64,000 bases of DNA, from the IMG/VR virus record IMGVR_UViG_3300037418_002962, positions 154,650 to 218,649 of that record; one strand, written 5' to 3'. Below the pieces are notes generated by a model that saw nothing but the letters and a program-made list of their open reading frames with translations, was not told where the DNA came from and searched no databases. Below, in pieces: positions 47,048-55,332 of this stretch. A program made the translations under genes and the position numbers. This DNA comes from a virus (Duplodnaviria > Heunggongvirae > Uroviricota > Caudoviricetes). Position 1 is the first letter of the stretch, and each line of letters opens with the position of its first letter.

Positions 47048-47273
47048 TATTTTCCTTTTCTACATTATCCCAAAAAGTATTCATTCCAAAAAATGCATTC
47101 TCTCTTGAAATTTTCAGATATTGAAATTCTTCATAGATACAATGTATAAGAGCCATTAGAAAAACTTGTCTTTGTTCTGGAATTTTGCCAAATCCAACTT
47201 CTTCCATGACATCAACAAGATTATCAATATTTCCTTTTACTGTTAAAATATTATTCCAAAAATCATCATCCAT
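47031..47273 (-). CDS. hypothetical protein
   Basis: 80-aa ORF. Confidence 0.5.
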   Translation of the reverse strand: MDDDFWNNILTVKGNIDNLVDVMEEVGFGKIPEQRQVFLMALIHCIYEEFQYLKISRENAFFGMNTFWDNVEKENNETNT

Positions 47274-47706
47274 TAATCATCTCCTTTACTGTCTTTGATG
47301 CCATGGCGGGATTGAGAGCAGTCCCATATTTAGACTTAAGCTTTCCCATAATCATTCCCATATCCTTAATATTAAGTTCTTTTCCTGGAAATGACTCTTT
47401 AATAAAAGAGATAATTTCTTCCTCAGTAATTTCTACAGGAAGATATTTCTTTAGGATGGAAATTTCAGCTTCTTGACTGCTTATATCACGTTTCATGCCA
47501 GAAAGCAAGGTGATATTTTCTTCAAGATTTTTAATGAACTTGCGAATTACCTTAATGGCATCTTCATCAACTGCAGGACGATTACCATCATTTTTTGCTG
47601 AGATATTAATTTCGCCCAGAAGGGCAGAAAGAATTCCTCTTAGATTTGAATCCTTATTGCGAAGCGCATTGTTGAATTCTGTTTCAATATTTTGCAGAAT
47701 TGTCAT
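47266..47706 (-). CDS. GatB/YqeY-domain protein
   Basis: E.SILKKYLP.....EEI, KDMGMIMGKLK..YG. Confidence 0.8.
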   Translation of the reverse strand: MTILQNIETEFNNALRNKDSNLRGILSALLGEINISAKNDGNRPAVDEDAIKVIRKFIKNLEENITLLSGMKRDISSQEAEISILKKYLPVEITEEEIISFIKESFPGKELNIKDMGMIMGKLKSKYGTALNPAMASKTVKEMING

Positions 47707-48041
47707 TTATTATAATCCTCTTCATTTTCATAAAATACCCAATTCTCAGAGCATAGGTCGCAGAAATTATACCAATTGGGCCATGAATGAATGTATGGTC
47801 TATCAGGAGCAGAAAGCCATGCTAAATTAAACCACCGGGAAAGTTCTTTTCCATTATATTCTCTCTTCAAATTTTCTAGAAGTTCTCCTAAAGAAATATC
47901 ATGCAAATATGGTTCCTGATATGCTCCATCTGGATATTCACAACTTCTAAGTTCTGCACCACAATTACTAAAAATTTCTAGAATATCAGGCCAGATCCTT
48001 TCACAAAGGTCCCACCAATCTTGTTCATTATTAATTGTCAT
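47703..48041 (-). CDS. hypothetical protein
   Basis: AW..APD.PYIHSWP.W...CDLCSE pattern. Confidence 0.6.
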   Translation of the reverse strand: MTINNEQDWWDLCERIWPDILEIFSNCGAELRSCEYPDGAYQEPYLHDISLGELLENLKREYNGKELSRWFNLAWLSAPDRPYIHSWPNWYNFCDLCSENWVFYENEEDYNK

Positions 48042-48067
48042 TTAATCTCCTATCCAAATATTATAAT

Positions 48068-48139
48068 TGGCTCCCGCGGCTGGACTTGAACCAATATCGC
48101 CCTGCACAATCAGGGGCTTTAATCTTAAGCTACACGGGA
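48068..48139 (-). tRNA. tRNA-like element with 6-nt anticodon loop (His-like GTG), encoded CCA
   Basis: TCCCGTG/CGCGGGA-G-CCA, D arm GCTT/AAGC, CCCTG-ATTGTG-CAGGG, TTCAAGT T loop. Confidence 0.6.
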
Positions 48140-48149
48140 TTAAAAAATT

Positions 48150-48390
48150 GGAAGGTTTTGCCAGTCCTTGGACTTCCATGCACGAATGAATCCGACATCT
48201 ATTCACCCGTTCTGGGTCACGATCCCATCTGCACCTTCCTGGAGACTATTCAGGTCTATCTCCATATTTTCTCAGATTATAATTTGCGGTATACGATCCT
48301 CACGGTTCAACCGATTATCTTCCCATGCAAATTATAATCACCAACTAGTTAACATCGCTAGGTACTTTATGCCAATCTAGAATAGCTTCA
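48150..48390 (-). ncRNA. candidate highly structured ncRNA upstream of the tRNA-like element
   Basis: No credible ORF; GGAAGGT/ACCTTCC closes a multibranch; 13-bp perfect IR at 48275-48287/48327-48339; strand assigned from context. Confidence 0.45.
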
Positions 48391-48407
48391 AGTACGAGAA
48401 AATTTCA

Positions 48408-48773
48408 CTATCCTTTCCAAACTGGCAAAACCTTAGCATTTATAGGAATAACATATTGTTTTGCCAGCAATTTAATAAAGTTGTCTACCTTCTTATCCAA
48501 ACGATTCTTGGCATTTTTTAAACACTGTTCAGGATCATTTTCAAAATATATCCATTCAAAAACCGCTTCTGGATAAACCTTCTTGATCCTATCTTCCACA
48601 TCGAATTTATTAACATGGCATAGATGAGGATCACATATAATGAAATCGTTATCCATACCTTCAAGATCACTCAATGATTGTGGGTCATCCACAATTTTCC
48701 GACCATTAGCAATGGTTTCTGCATAATGAGTCTTTCCAGAAGCTGGAAGACCAACAATCATTGTTACTTTCAT
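48408..48773 (-). CDS. small P-loop kinase (AAA_33/PNK-like)
   Basis: MIVGLPASGKTHYA, IVDD, WIYFENDPEQCLKN. Confidence 0.7.
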   Translation of the reverse strand: MKVTMIVGLPASGKTHYAETIANGRKIVDDPQSLSDLEGMDNDFIICDPHLCHVNKFDVEDRIKKVYPEAVFEWIYFENDPEQCLKNAKNRLDKKVDNFIKLLAKQYVIPINAKVLPVWKG

Positions 48774-48783
48774 AATAACTATA

Positions 48784-49143
48784 TTAGTCTGTAACTAACC
48801 CAATGTCAATAAGATAATTGAGAAGAACATCCTTTGAAATGGACTTTACACGGTAATTCGTATAATTTCCATAATATTCTGGTTCATAATCTTCTTTACT
48901 ATCAACCAGAGTAAGAAGCTTCTTATATGCAAAGTATGGCATAAGAGGAAAATATTTCTGGAGAAATTCGTCCAGGGGAGTTTCTTCAGGCTCTTCCTCA
49001 CTGCCCATATAGCTAGGCTTATCTCCCCAACAGCTACCGCCAGACATTCCACCAGTAACCCATCTCCAAGAAATAACATCTTCCCTGAGATAATATTCCT
49101 TTTTATAATCTTTCCAGATTTCTTCAAATTCAGTCTTATTCAC
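48784..49143 (-). CDS. hypothetical protein
   Basis: W.TGGMSGGSCWG...EYYGNYT pattern. Confidence 0.6.
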   Translation of the reverse strand: MNKTEFEEIWKDYKKEYYLREDVISWRWVTGGMSGGSCWGDKPSYMGSEEEPEETPLDEFLQKYFPLMPYFAYKKLLTLVDSKEDYEPEYYGNYTNYRVKSISKDVLLNYLIDIGLVTD

Positions 49144-49162
49144 AATCTATCTCCTTTTAAAT

Positions 49163-49235
49163 TGGCTGCCCCGTGGCTGGACTTGAAACCAACATCTCTC
49201 AGGATCTCTGAGCCTTTAATCTTAAATACACGGGA
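49163..49235 (-). tRNA. degenerate tRNA-like element, paralog of 48068-48139
   Basis: TCCCGTGTA..TTAAGATTAAAG, CTCAG-AGATC-CTGAG (5-nt loop), TTCAAGTCCAGCCACGGGG..CCA. Confidence 0.5.
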
Positions 49236-49247
49236 TAAAGCCTTATT

Positions 49248-49445
49248 TTATAAATCCGCCCAAGAAGCCTTCACAACCTTGAAACCCTTGTGATGGGTAC
49301 GCTTGCCAAGGGAAACGTTCTGCATACTACCAGCATGAAGCTTGTTACGCTTGCAGAAGGCATTCAGACCAAGGACAAACTCAACCTCACCATTAGGATG
49401 AGTGACATAATAGGGCTTAGGATCATGGATAACAGACGAATTCAT
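49248..49445 (-). CDS. stand-alone NUMOD1-like DNA-binding module
   Basis: YYVTHPNGEVEFVLGLNAFCKRNKLHAGSMQNVSLGKRTHHKGFKV aligns with the two C-terminal repeats of the 40425 GIY-YIG protein; start MNSS after GAAGGA. Confidence 0.65.
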   Translation of the reverse strand: MNSSVIHDPKPYYVTHPNGEVEFVLGLNAFCKRNKLHAGSMQNVSLGKRTHHKGFKVVKASWADL

Positions 49446-49703
49446 TTTTAAATATCCTTCAATAAATGGGGTTAAATTAACGAGAAGCTTTCCAGGAAAC
49501 GCTCTGGATACCAAGCTTACTCCAAAGCTGCATATCACGAGAAGCATGATCTCCATCACGATAGCGCATAGTCCATGCACACTTACCGGGAATTTTGAAC
49601 TCAACGTAGGTAATCATTTTATTCTCCAGTGGTTTCAATTAACTATTAGATATTACCGATTATGTTCCATGCTGTCAATATCTTTTGAAAAATAATTTTT
49701 TGG

Positions 49704-49895
49704 TTACGAAAGAGGCGTGCTCAAAATATATACAAAACATATAACCGATATTAGAAAAAATATCATATTTTCCAATGCTGACCATCTCTTCTTATTGATA
49801 AAATCTTCAATAGAAGATAGCCCATAAACAACCATGCCACTTCCACAAACAAAAATAAAAAATATATTTTCAATAAGCACAGAAGCTAGATACAT
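49704..49895 (-). CDS. small membrane protein
   Basis: Two hydrophobic segments. Confidence 0.5.
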   Translation of the reverse strand: MYLASVLIENIFFIFVCGSGMVVYGLSSIEDFINKKRWSALENMIFFLISVICFVYILSTPLS

Positions 49896-50323
49896 TCCTG
49901 CAACTCCAAATAAAAATTGTGGTATTTCTCAATCCTACGAATATCTTTTTCCGTAACTCCCTTGAGTCTACGAATATCGGAATTATGTCTCAAATCCTCA
50001 ATCTTAACACGAACAGAATCCATGTTAGATTTTACCTTGAACTTATATTCTTCATAGGTTTCTCCAGGAATTTTGGTAAGGCATTTAATACCATTAATAA
50101 CCCTCTCAGAAAAGCCAAGGTCTCTGAGTTCCTGATAAGTTACATCAGTATCTTCTACAAGGTCATGCCCAAGAGCGATACATTTAAGTTCCTCATCATT
50201 ACTCTTGAGATAATGCATAACCTGTGAAACGTGGAGAAAATAGGGATTTCCACCACGATCATATTGTCCTGCATGACGGTTAGCAGCAAGAACAATCATA
50301 TTGGTCAGCATTTCTTTTTTCAT
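49886..50323 (-). CDS. HD-domain hydrolase (SpoT/MESH1-like)
   Basis: HAGQYDRGGNPYFLH, ALGHDLVEDT, VKIEDLRHN. Confidence 0.85.
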   Translation of the reverse strand: MKKEMLTNMIVLAANRHAGQYDRGGNPYFLHVSQVMHYLKSNDEELKCIALGHDLVEDTDVTYQELRDLGFSERVINGIKCLTKIPGETYEEYKFKVKSNMDSVRVKIEDLRHNSDIRRLKGVTEKDIRRIEKYHNFYLELQECI

Positions 50324-50477
50324 TTACCAATCCTCTCCCGCATCAATTTCAGCCTGTATATCAGCAGCATAATCAAAACCAGCTTCATAGGCTTCTCTTA
50401 GAATTTGCCGATACTGAAGATCATAACCGCTTTTTTCAAACCAATCATTAAAATGATATTCTGAAAAAACTAACATC

Positions 50478-50759
50478 TTACAGGTTCCCTACAAAAATAT
50501 CATCTTCATCATAAATGGCTACCACATAACCACCCTTGTAACTCTCAACCTGATAAGACCACTTTTCATATTCAGTAGCCTCATCCTTATTGAGCTTCAT
50601 TGCAAGCTCATTAGCCTCAGAAGCATCCCGGAAAATAGTGGTATGGGATTCAATCAAGCCAATTCCAAGACTATTGGACTCATGGATATAACGTGGCTGC
50701 ATTTTACGATTCCTTGAAAATAAGAGAATAAGCCATCTGAGAAAACACATAAACTTCAT
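50478..50759 (-). CDS. hypothetical protein
   Basis: Similar to pattern A...N.DE...W.Y.V......Y.V.IYDED..FVG. Confidence 0.5.
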   Translation of the reverse strand: MKFMCFLRWLILLFSRNRKMQPRYIHESNSLGIGLIESHTTIFRDASEANELAMKLNKDEATEYEKWSYQVESYKGGYVVAIYDEDDIFVGNL

Positions 50760-50950
50760 CTGAAATTGAAACTATCCAATCTCCAGGATGAATTTTCATC
50801 CAATGAGACACTCCACTATGATTTGTTCTAATATGCATAGTTAGATTAGAACAAGAAATCCCATAAGGTTCCTCTGAAATTTCTTGTATCCATTCTGGAA
50901 GCTGACATTTAAGATATTCATTCTTCCATTGCCAAAATTTCTTCTGCATC

Positions 50951-51214
50951 TTACGATTCCTTAAAATCATTAAAACGATAATCGATAATATTTTGAAGAT
51001 CCTCTAAACTAAGCTTTTCCTTGACATAAAGAGTCTCTACAAGCTTGCTAAAACTTTCAGAAATTCTATCAATTTTATCTTCAAGAGAAATATTATCATT
51101 CTCTTCAAAATTATAATATTTAAAACTATTCCTAAAAATAGAAGAGATTTCAACATCTTCTACTGTTCCACCATAACTCTTAACAACCCAAGTTTTAACC
51201 GTATTCCTAGCCAT
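50951..51214 (-). CDS. hypothetical protein
   Basis: 87-aa ORF. Confidence 0.5.
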   Translation of the reverse strand: MARNTVKTWVVKSYGGTVEDVEISSIFRNSFKYYNFEENDNISLEDKIDRISESFSKLVETLYVKEKLSLEDLQNIIDYRFNDFKES

Positions 51215-51449
51215 TTCCTAGTCCCTCAAATTTCAATAAAGAAAATATACAGGTTTTTATAAGCTTGTCAAATAACAGGCTTAAAACTCTTGTCATCCCT
51301 CATCCAACAGATAGAGAAATGACCACTATTAACTTCAACAGTATTCCACCTATCCATGAATTCCATGGCTCTCTTCTTTGTTGAGAAGCTATTGGCTCCA
51401 GCCATCCAACGACCAGCAGGAATGAAAACTTTCCACATTTGTTTAATCC

Positions 51450-51878
51450 TTAGTTTAGAGTGCTAATTGCAGAAAAGATGCCAATGCCCTTAACATATAC
51501 CTTATCTTCCTTGGCATATTTCAGAATAGCTGCAGTCATATTTCGCTTTGGCAATTGATCAAAAGGAAGCTCAACAGTAACCTCTGTGCCATCCTTCATG
51601 ACACCATGGCAGTAGGAAACATCCCACATAGGAAATCCAGGATCACTCAGAAGCCTCAGGCGAGTAATCCGAGCCAACTGAGGGTCATTCCACATAACCT
51701 TCAATGACCTATCAGTCTTATGGTACTCTACACCATTGGCAAGACCATTGAACTCCTTAGTTCCGTAAATATTACGGTAGCCAACTGTATCGTTCTTAGA
51801 CATTTGAACTCTCCAAGAGTTTCTGTGTTCCAATAACCCTATTATATAGAACCCTTGAATAAAGTCAACCTTACTCAA
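51450..51878 (-). CDS. conserved phage hypothetical protein
   Basis: RITRLRLLSDPGFPMWDVSYCHG; true start probably internal MSKN. Confidence 0.55.
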   Translation of the reverse strand: MSKVDFIQGFYIIGLLEHRNSWRVQMSKNDTVGYRNIYGTKEFNGLANGVEYHKTDRSLKVMWNDPQLARITRLRLLSDPGFPMWDVSYCHGVMKDGTEVTVELPFDQLPKRNMTAAILKYAKEDKVYVKGIGIFSAISTLN

Positions 51879-52158
51879 ACAATTCCTTCATGACAGAATT
51901 GCCAAGCTCAGTGGTATAAAGAACCCATTCGTTCTTGTCATATTCTTCAGAACGATAAAGGCCCTTCTTACACAGGGAACCTACAACCCCACTCAGGCTT
52001 TTACCTGTAATACCTGAAGGCTCATGGCTATCATTAACTGCCCATGCCCAGACTCCATCACCCTTCTCTCCATAAGCATTATTATAAAGAGCCTTTAGAA
52101 CAGCATGTTCATTCTCAGTAAGGTTCTCAACAATCTGGATAACTTTTTGATTAGACAT
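51871..52158 (-). CDS. winged-helix-like small protein
   Basis: LTENEHAVLKAL...SLSGVVGSLCKKGL. Confidence 0.55.
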   Translation of the reverse strand: MSNQKVIQIVENLTENEHAVLKALYNNAYGEKGDGVWAWAVNDSHEPSGITGKSLSGVVGSLCKKGLYRSEEYDKNEWVLYTTELGNSVMKELFE

Positions 52159-52186
52159 GATAATTTCCTATTTTAGGGTTAGAATA

Positions 52187-52411
52187 TTATTGCTCGTTCC
52201 ACCAGGGAGTTCCGAGACAGGGAGTATCGTAAGGAACCGGATAATGCTCCATCTCTTCCTTGATATAATAATCGATATCAATTCGAGTTTCCTCGATAGT
52301 ATCAAAATAACCGCCCTGATGCCAGCAACCAGCTTCCCAAAAGAAGCCCTCTTCGTTAGACTGGATCGTATAACCCTTGTACTTACCGTGAGTTGCCATT
52401 TTAGACTCCAA
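52187..52411 (-). CDS. hypothetical protein
   Basis: YKGYTI...IEETRIDID pattern. Confidence 0.5.
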   Translation of the reverse strand: MESKMATHGKYKGYTIQSNEEGFFWEAGCWHQGGYFDTIEETRIDIDYYIKEEMEHYPVPYDTPCLGTPWWNEQ

Positions 52412-52435
52412 CGTCCATTCGTTTCGATAAAGAAG

Positions 52436-52463
52436 ATTATATATTATTTTTAAGGTATGTCAA
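52436..52463 (-). promoter_or_regulatory. sigma70-type promoter
   Basis: Minus strand TTGACA-16nt-TATAAT. Confidence 0.65.
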
Positions 52464-52471
52464 TAGACATG

Positions 52472-52513
52472 AAAATACCGTCAAGAACTTTTAATGATCC
52501 TTGACGGTATTTT
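52472..52513 (-). terminator. 14-bp perfect inverted repeat just 3' of tRNA-Pro
   Basis: AAAATACCGTCAAG-14nt-CTTGACGGTATTTT. Confidence 0.55.
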
Positions 52514-52518
52514 TGAAA

Positions 52519-52597
52519 TGGTCGGGGATGAAGGATTTGAACCTTCGATTTTCTGCTCCCAAAGCAGACGGATTAAACCAGACTTTCCCAATCCCCG
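52519..52597 (-). tRNA. tRNA-Pro(UGG)
   Basis: CGGGGAT/ATCCCCG-A-CCA, TCTGC-TTTGGGA-GCAGA, GAAGGTTCAAATCCTTC. Confidence 0.92.
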
Positions 52598-52794
52598 TAA
52601 GTGTTAATTATTTATGTACTTTTCTGTCTTTTGAATCAATGCAAGGACCATATCCCGGCAACCTTCATATGCTTCTGCCATTGCAATATCTGTGGTAGCT
52701 TCTAATGCTTTCTGCAAATTTCTTACATTAATCTTAAGGGCTGCAGAAATAACTTCTAATTCGTTATCTGTATAATTTTGCATTTTGTAAATCC

Positions 52795-53034
52795 TTAACC
52801 ATGGGCCAAAACAAAAATGCGATCATTACCATCAATCTTTGCCTGACTGACAAATGTTGCAGAATAACCATTAAAAATTAAAAGATTATCAGTGGCATTC
52901 TTAATAAATTCCCTATCATTTGTAATGGGAATATTTCCCAAACTCTTAGGGATATTCCCATAAAAAATGACAGGCATCTTGTCACTAGGACATTCGTTCA
53001 AAATCTTCAAAATAGCATCAGTACGAATAGACAT
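52795..53034 (-). CDS. hypothetical protein
   Basis: Probable start MSIRTD after GGAG. Confidence 0.45.
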   Translation of the reverse strand: MSIRTDAILKILNECPSDKMPVIFYGNIPKSLGNIPITNDREFIKNATDNLLIFNGYSATFVSQAKIDGNDRIFVLAHG

Positions 53035-53056
53035 AACAAGCTCTCCAAAAAGGTTG

Positions 53057-53380
53057 TCAGTCTTTATAAACACTATCAGGAAAAGTGTCAAGCCATGCTA
53101 AGTGATTATTTATAAGCTTGGAAATTTTCTTACGGGAAAGGACATTATCATTTTCCTTATCAATTGTAAGAAAAATATTTGGTCCAAAATGACCATTATA
53201 ATCAATACTGCTAAGATTTCCTGACAACTCACCAAGTTTAACGTCAAGCTGTTCATGAGTTTTAACAAATCCTGCATGAAAACTTTCTGACCGGATCAAT
53301 TTCGAGAAAGCATCAAAATCAACCTCAATACAATAAGAAGTTTGGGTAGGCTCAAAATTCTTGACATAATGCTTTTTCAT
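53057..53380 (-). CDS. hypothetical protein
   Basis: I.YNGHFGPNIFLTI pattern. Confidence 0.55.
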   Translation of the reverse strand: MKKHYVKNFEPTQTSYCIEVDFDAFSKLIRSESFHAGFVKTHEQLDVKLGELSGNLSSIDYNGHFGPNIFLTIDKENDNVLSRKKISKLINNHLAWLDTFPDSVYKD

Positions 53381-53625
53381 GATTTTAAGATTTTTTCGAT
53401 TTGGTCACGAATGCTTGCATAAATGCGTCTGGTTGCAGCATCATTATCCATGGCTTTAGGATCTGCCTGATGCTTTGCATCCGCTAACATCTCGCGTGCA
53501 GTTTCAATCTTAACATTCCAAGTTCCTGAACTGTCTGGAAACAATCTCATTTCTTTATGAGCATGAACATCCCGAGTAAGATATTCATTAGCAAGATTTT
53601 TAGTGATTTTAAGTTTTATGATCAT
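53377..53625 (-). CDS. hypothetical protein
   Basis: 82-aa ORF, overlapping start/stop. Confidence 0.5.
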   Translation of the reverse strand: MIIKLKITKNLANEYLTRDVHAHKEMRLFPDSSGTWNVKIETAREMLADAKHQADPKAMDNDAATRRIYASIRDQIEKILKS

Positions 53626-53819
53626 GATTTCACAATCTTATGAAAATCTTCCTTATAGATGTATTCGCTCCCACCACCATTGACTGGCCTGTAGTAGACA
53701 CATCCCTGTGCAATTTTCGTTACTCGAAAACGCATAGGTTTGCTGGATTCATCGATCCACCTTGCATGGTCAAATTCCATGCCAAGATATGGAACAATAG
53801 AATCTTTCATTTTGACCAC
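53622..53819 (-). CDS. hypothetical protein
   Basis: 65-aa ORF. Confidence 0.5.
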   Translation of the reverse strand: MVKMKDSIVPYLGMEFDHARWIDESSKPMRFRVTKIAQGCVYYRPVNGGGSEYIYKEDFHKIVKS

Positions 53820-53989
53820 CTATTAACAAAATCATCTCTAATCTGTACTAAATGATAAAACATGCTAACATGTTGGTCATAACCACTACCGCGATTCAGC
53901 ATATTAAACATAATACGCAACGCATCTGCACATTCTTTCAACTGCTTCACAGTCATTGTCTCAGGATTGAACGGAATAGGATTTTCCAT
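53807..53989 (-). CDS. hypothetical protein
   Basis: 60-aa ORF with GAAGGA RBS. Confidence 0.5.
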   Translation of the reverse strand: MENPIPFNPETMTVKQLKECADALRIMFNMLNRGSGYDQHVSMFYHLVQIRDDFVNRWSK

Positions 53990-54212
53990 AACAAAATTCC
54001 TTCAAGGTTAAGCTGAGATACGATACCAAGGCAAATCAATTACACTTTCACCACCAGCAGCATTCTTATAAGCCACTTCCCAACGTATGACCGTCTTCCG
54101 CCCAATCATTACCTTAGTAATCTGCCGAAGGATACGACCGTTTTTGTTACGGCCACGAACCTGGATAGTAACTTGCTGATTGCGTTCAAACATAACAAAA
54201 TTCCTTCAAGGT
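53987..54212. repeat. 22-bp exact direct repeat covering two translation starts
   Basis: CATAACAAAATTCCTTCAAGGT at 53987-54008 and 54191-54212. Confidence 0.9.
54008..54193 (-). CDS. hypothetical basic protein
   Basis: 61-aa ORF with GAAGGA RBS. Confidence 0.5.
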   Translation of the reverse strand: MFERNQQVTIQVRGRNKNGRILRQITKVMIGRKTVIRWEVAYKNAAGGESVIDLPWYRISA

Positions 54213-54272
54213 GTCTCAACAAACTTTAAGTACCTTAAAGGAATTTTTATGATATGTCAATAGTAGGGAAAA

Positions 54273-54348
54273 TGGAGCTACAGGTCAGAATTGAACTGAC
54301 AACCTACTGATTACAGGTCAGTTGCTCTACCAATTGAGCTACTGTAGC
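54273..54348 (-). tRNA. tRNA-Thr(UGU) with C33
   Basis: GCTACAG/CTGTAGC-T-CCA, ACTGA-CCTGTAA-TCAGT, GTCAGTTCAATTCTGAC. Confidence 0.88.
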
Positions 54349-54357
54349 AAACAGAAT

Positions 54358-55242
54358 TTATTTCTTACCCTTCTTACCACGATTCTTGGTTTTTTCAAGA
54401 ACCTCTGCATCTGCAGTGACAGAAACATTAAGTGCTCCAACATCTGCTAAAGAACCATCATATATATAGGTTCCAGTATGAGAAAGTTTAATCCATGGAA
54501 GCAACCAAACATGCCCACCAATCTTTCTAAGTTTCTTACAGAAAAAATAATCTTCAGAAAGATAACGCTTTGTTTCTGGATCAATGACAGTATCAAAATA
54601 CATCATGATTTCTCTGCTACCATCAAAATGTTCTGTACGAACATGGTCAGGTTTATAAGAAAGTTCTGGATAGGCTGCTGCAAATTTTTCAAAAGTAGCT
54701 CTACGAATCATCATGAAACCTGTACCAGTTTCACCAACTTCTGTTGGCTGGCCTAGCTGAATTACTCCATTACCTTCTACAGGATTGAATACGAAATCGC
54801 CAATGAATTTTGAAAGTTCATTTGGATTTTCGTCTCCATAACCTTTATCAACTGCTACCTTTACCTTTTCCCATGCAATGCACTTCTTGGGATATGGACC
54901 AGCTACCACATCATAATTGTCAACAGTTGGGTCAGGATTTTGCATAGCTAACATTGCGATTACATCGTTTGGATTAAATCCAATATCAGAATCAATAAAA
55001 ATCATATGAGTTGCATCTGATCTCATGAATTCATCACATGCATATGCCCTGGCTCTAGTAATAAGAGATTCATTAAACAGAAAATATGTGTATAATGTAA
55101 TTCCATGCTGTACACAAATCGATGCTAAATCCATGGCAGATCTAGCAAATGATCCGTAACACTGGCCCCCATACATGGGGCAACCTAGGAACAATTTTCT
55201 CTTTCTTAATTCTTCAATTGGTAACTGTATCTGAAATGTCAT
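54358..55242 (-). CDS. GT-A-fold glycosyltransferase-like protein conserved in large phages
   Basis: GCPMYGG, FNESLITRAR, THMIFIDSDIGF (DxD), GTGFMMIRR, YLSEDYFFC. Confidence 0.75.
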   Translation of the reverse strand: MTFQIQLPIEELRKRKLFLGCPMYGGQCYGSFARSAMDLASICVQHGITLYTYFLFNESLITRARAYACDEFMRSDATHMIFIDSDIGFNPNDVIAMLAMQNPDPTVDNYDVVAGPYPKKCIAWEKVKVAVDKGYGDENPNELSKFIGDFVFNPVEGNGVIQLGQPTEVGETGTGFMMIRRATFEKFAAAYPELSYKPDHVRTEHFDGSREIMMYFDTVIDPETKRYLSEDYFFCKKLRKIGGHVWLLPWIKLSHTGTYIYDGSLADVGALNVSVTADAEVLEKTKNRGKKGKK

Positions 55243-55280
55243 TTATTTTCAATTCCTTATAATAATTATGGTTAATAGAG

Positions 55281-55332
55281 ATAAATACTTAAGTCCACCA
55301 TATATTGGTGTAAACTTTACAGAGGTATTTAT
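55281..55332 (+). promoter_or_regulatory. late-promoter-like site with RBS-sequestering hairpin
   Basis: ATAAATAC (55281-88) pairs with GTATTTAT (55325-32) next to AGAGG and the ATG; inner CACCA/TGGTG stem. Confidence 0.55.

Noticed and set aside
48150-48239. tRNA-Sec, RNase P RNA or tmRNA
   Set aside because: The GGAAG start resembles tRNA-Sec, but there is no UCA anticodon or TTC T-loop, no GAGGAAAGUCC (RNase P) and no tmRNA acceptor or tag pattern.
48035-48380. Track ORFs 48035..48337 and 48168..48380
   Set aside because: They are antisense to the tRNA-like element and structured region, with no RBS or protein motifs.
52501-52698. Plus-strand ORF over tRNA-Pro
   Set aside because: It is an antisense translation of the tRNA.
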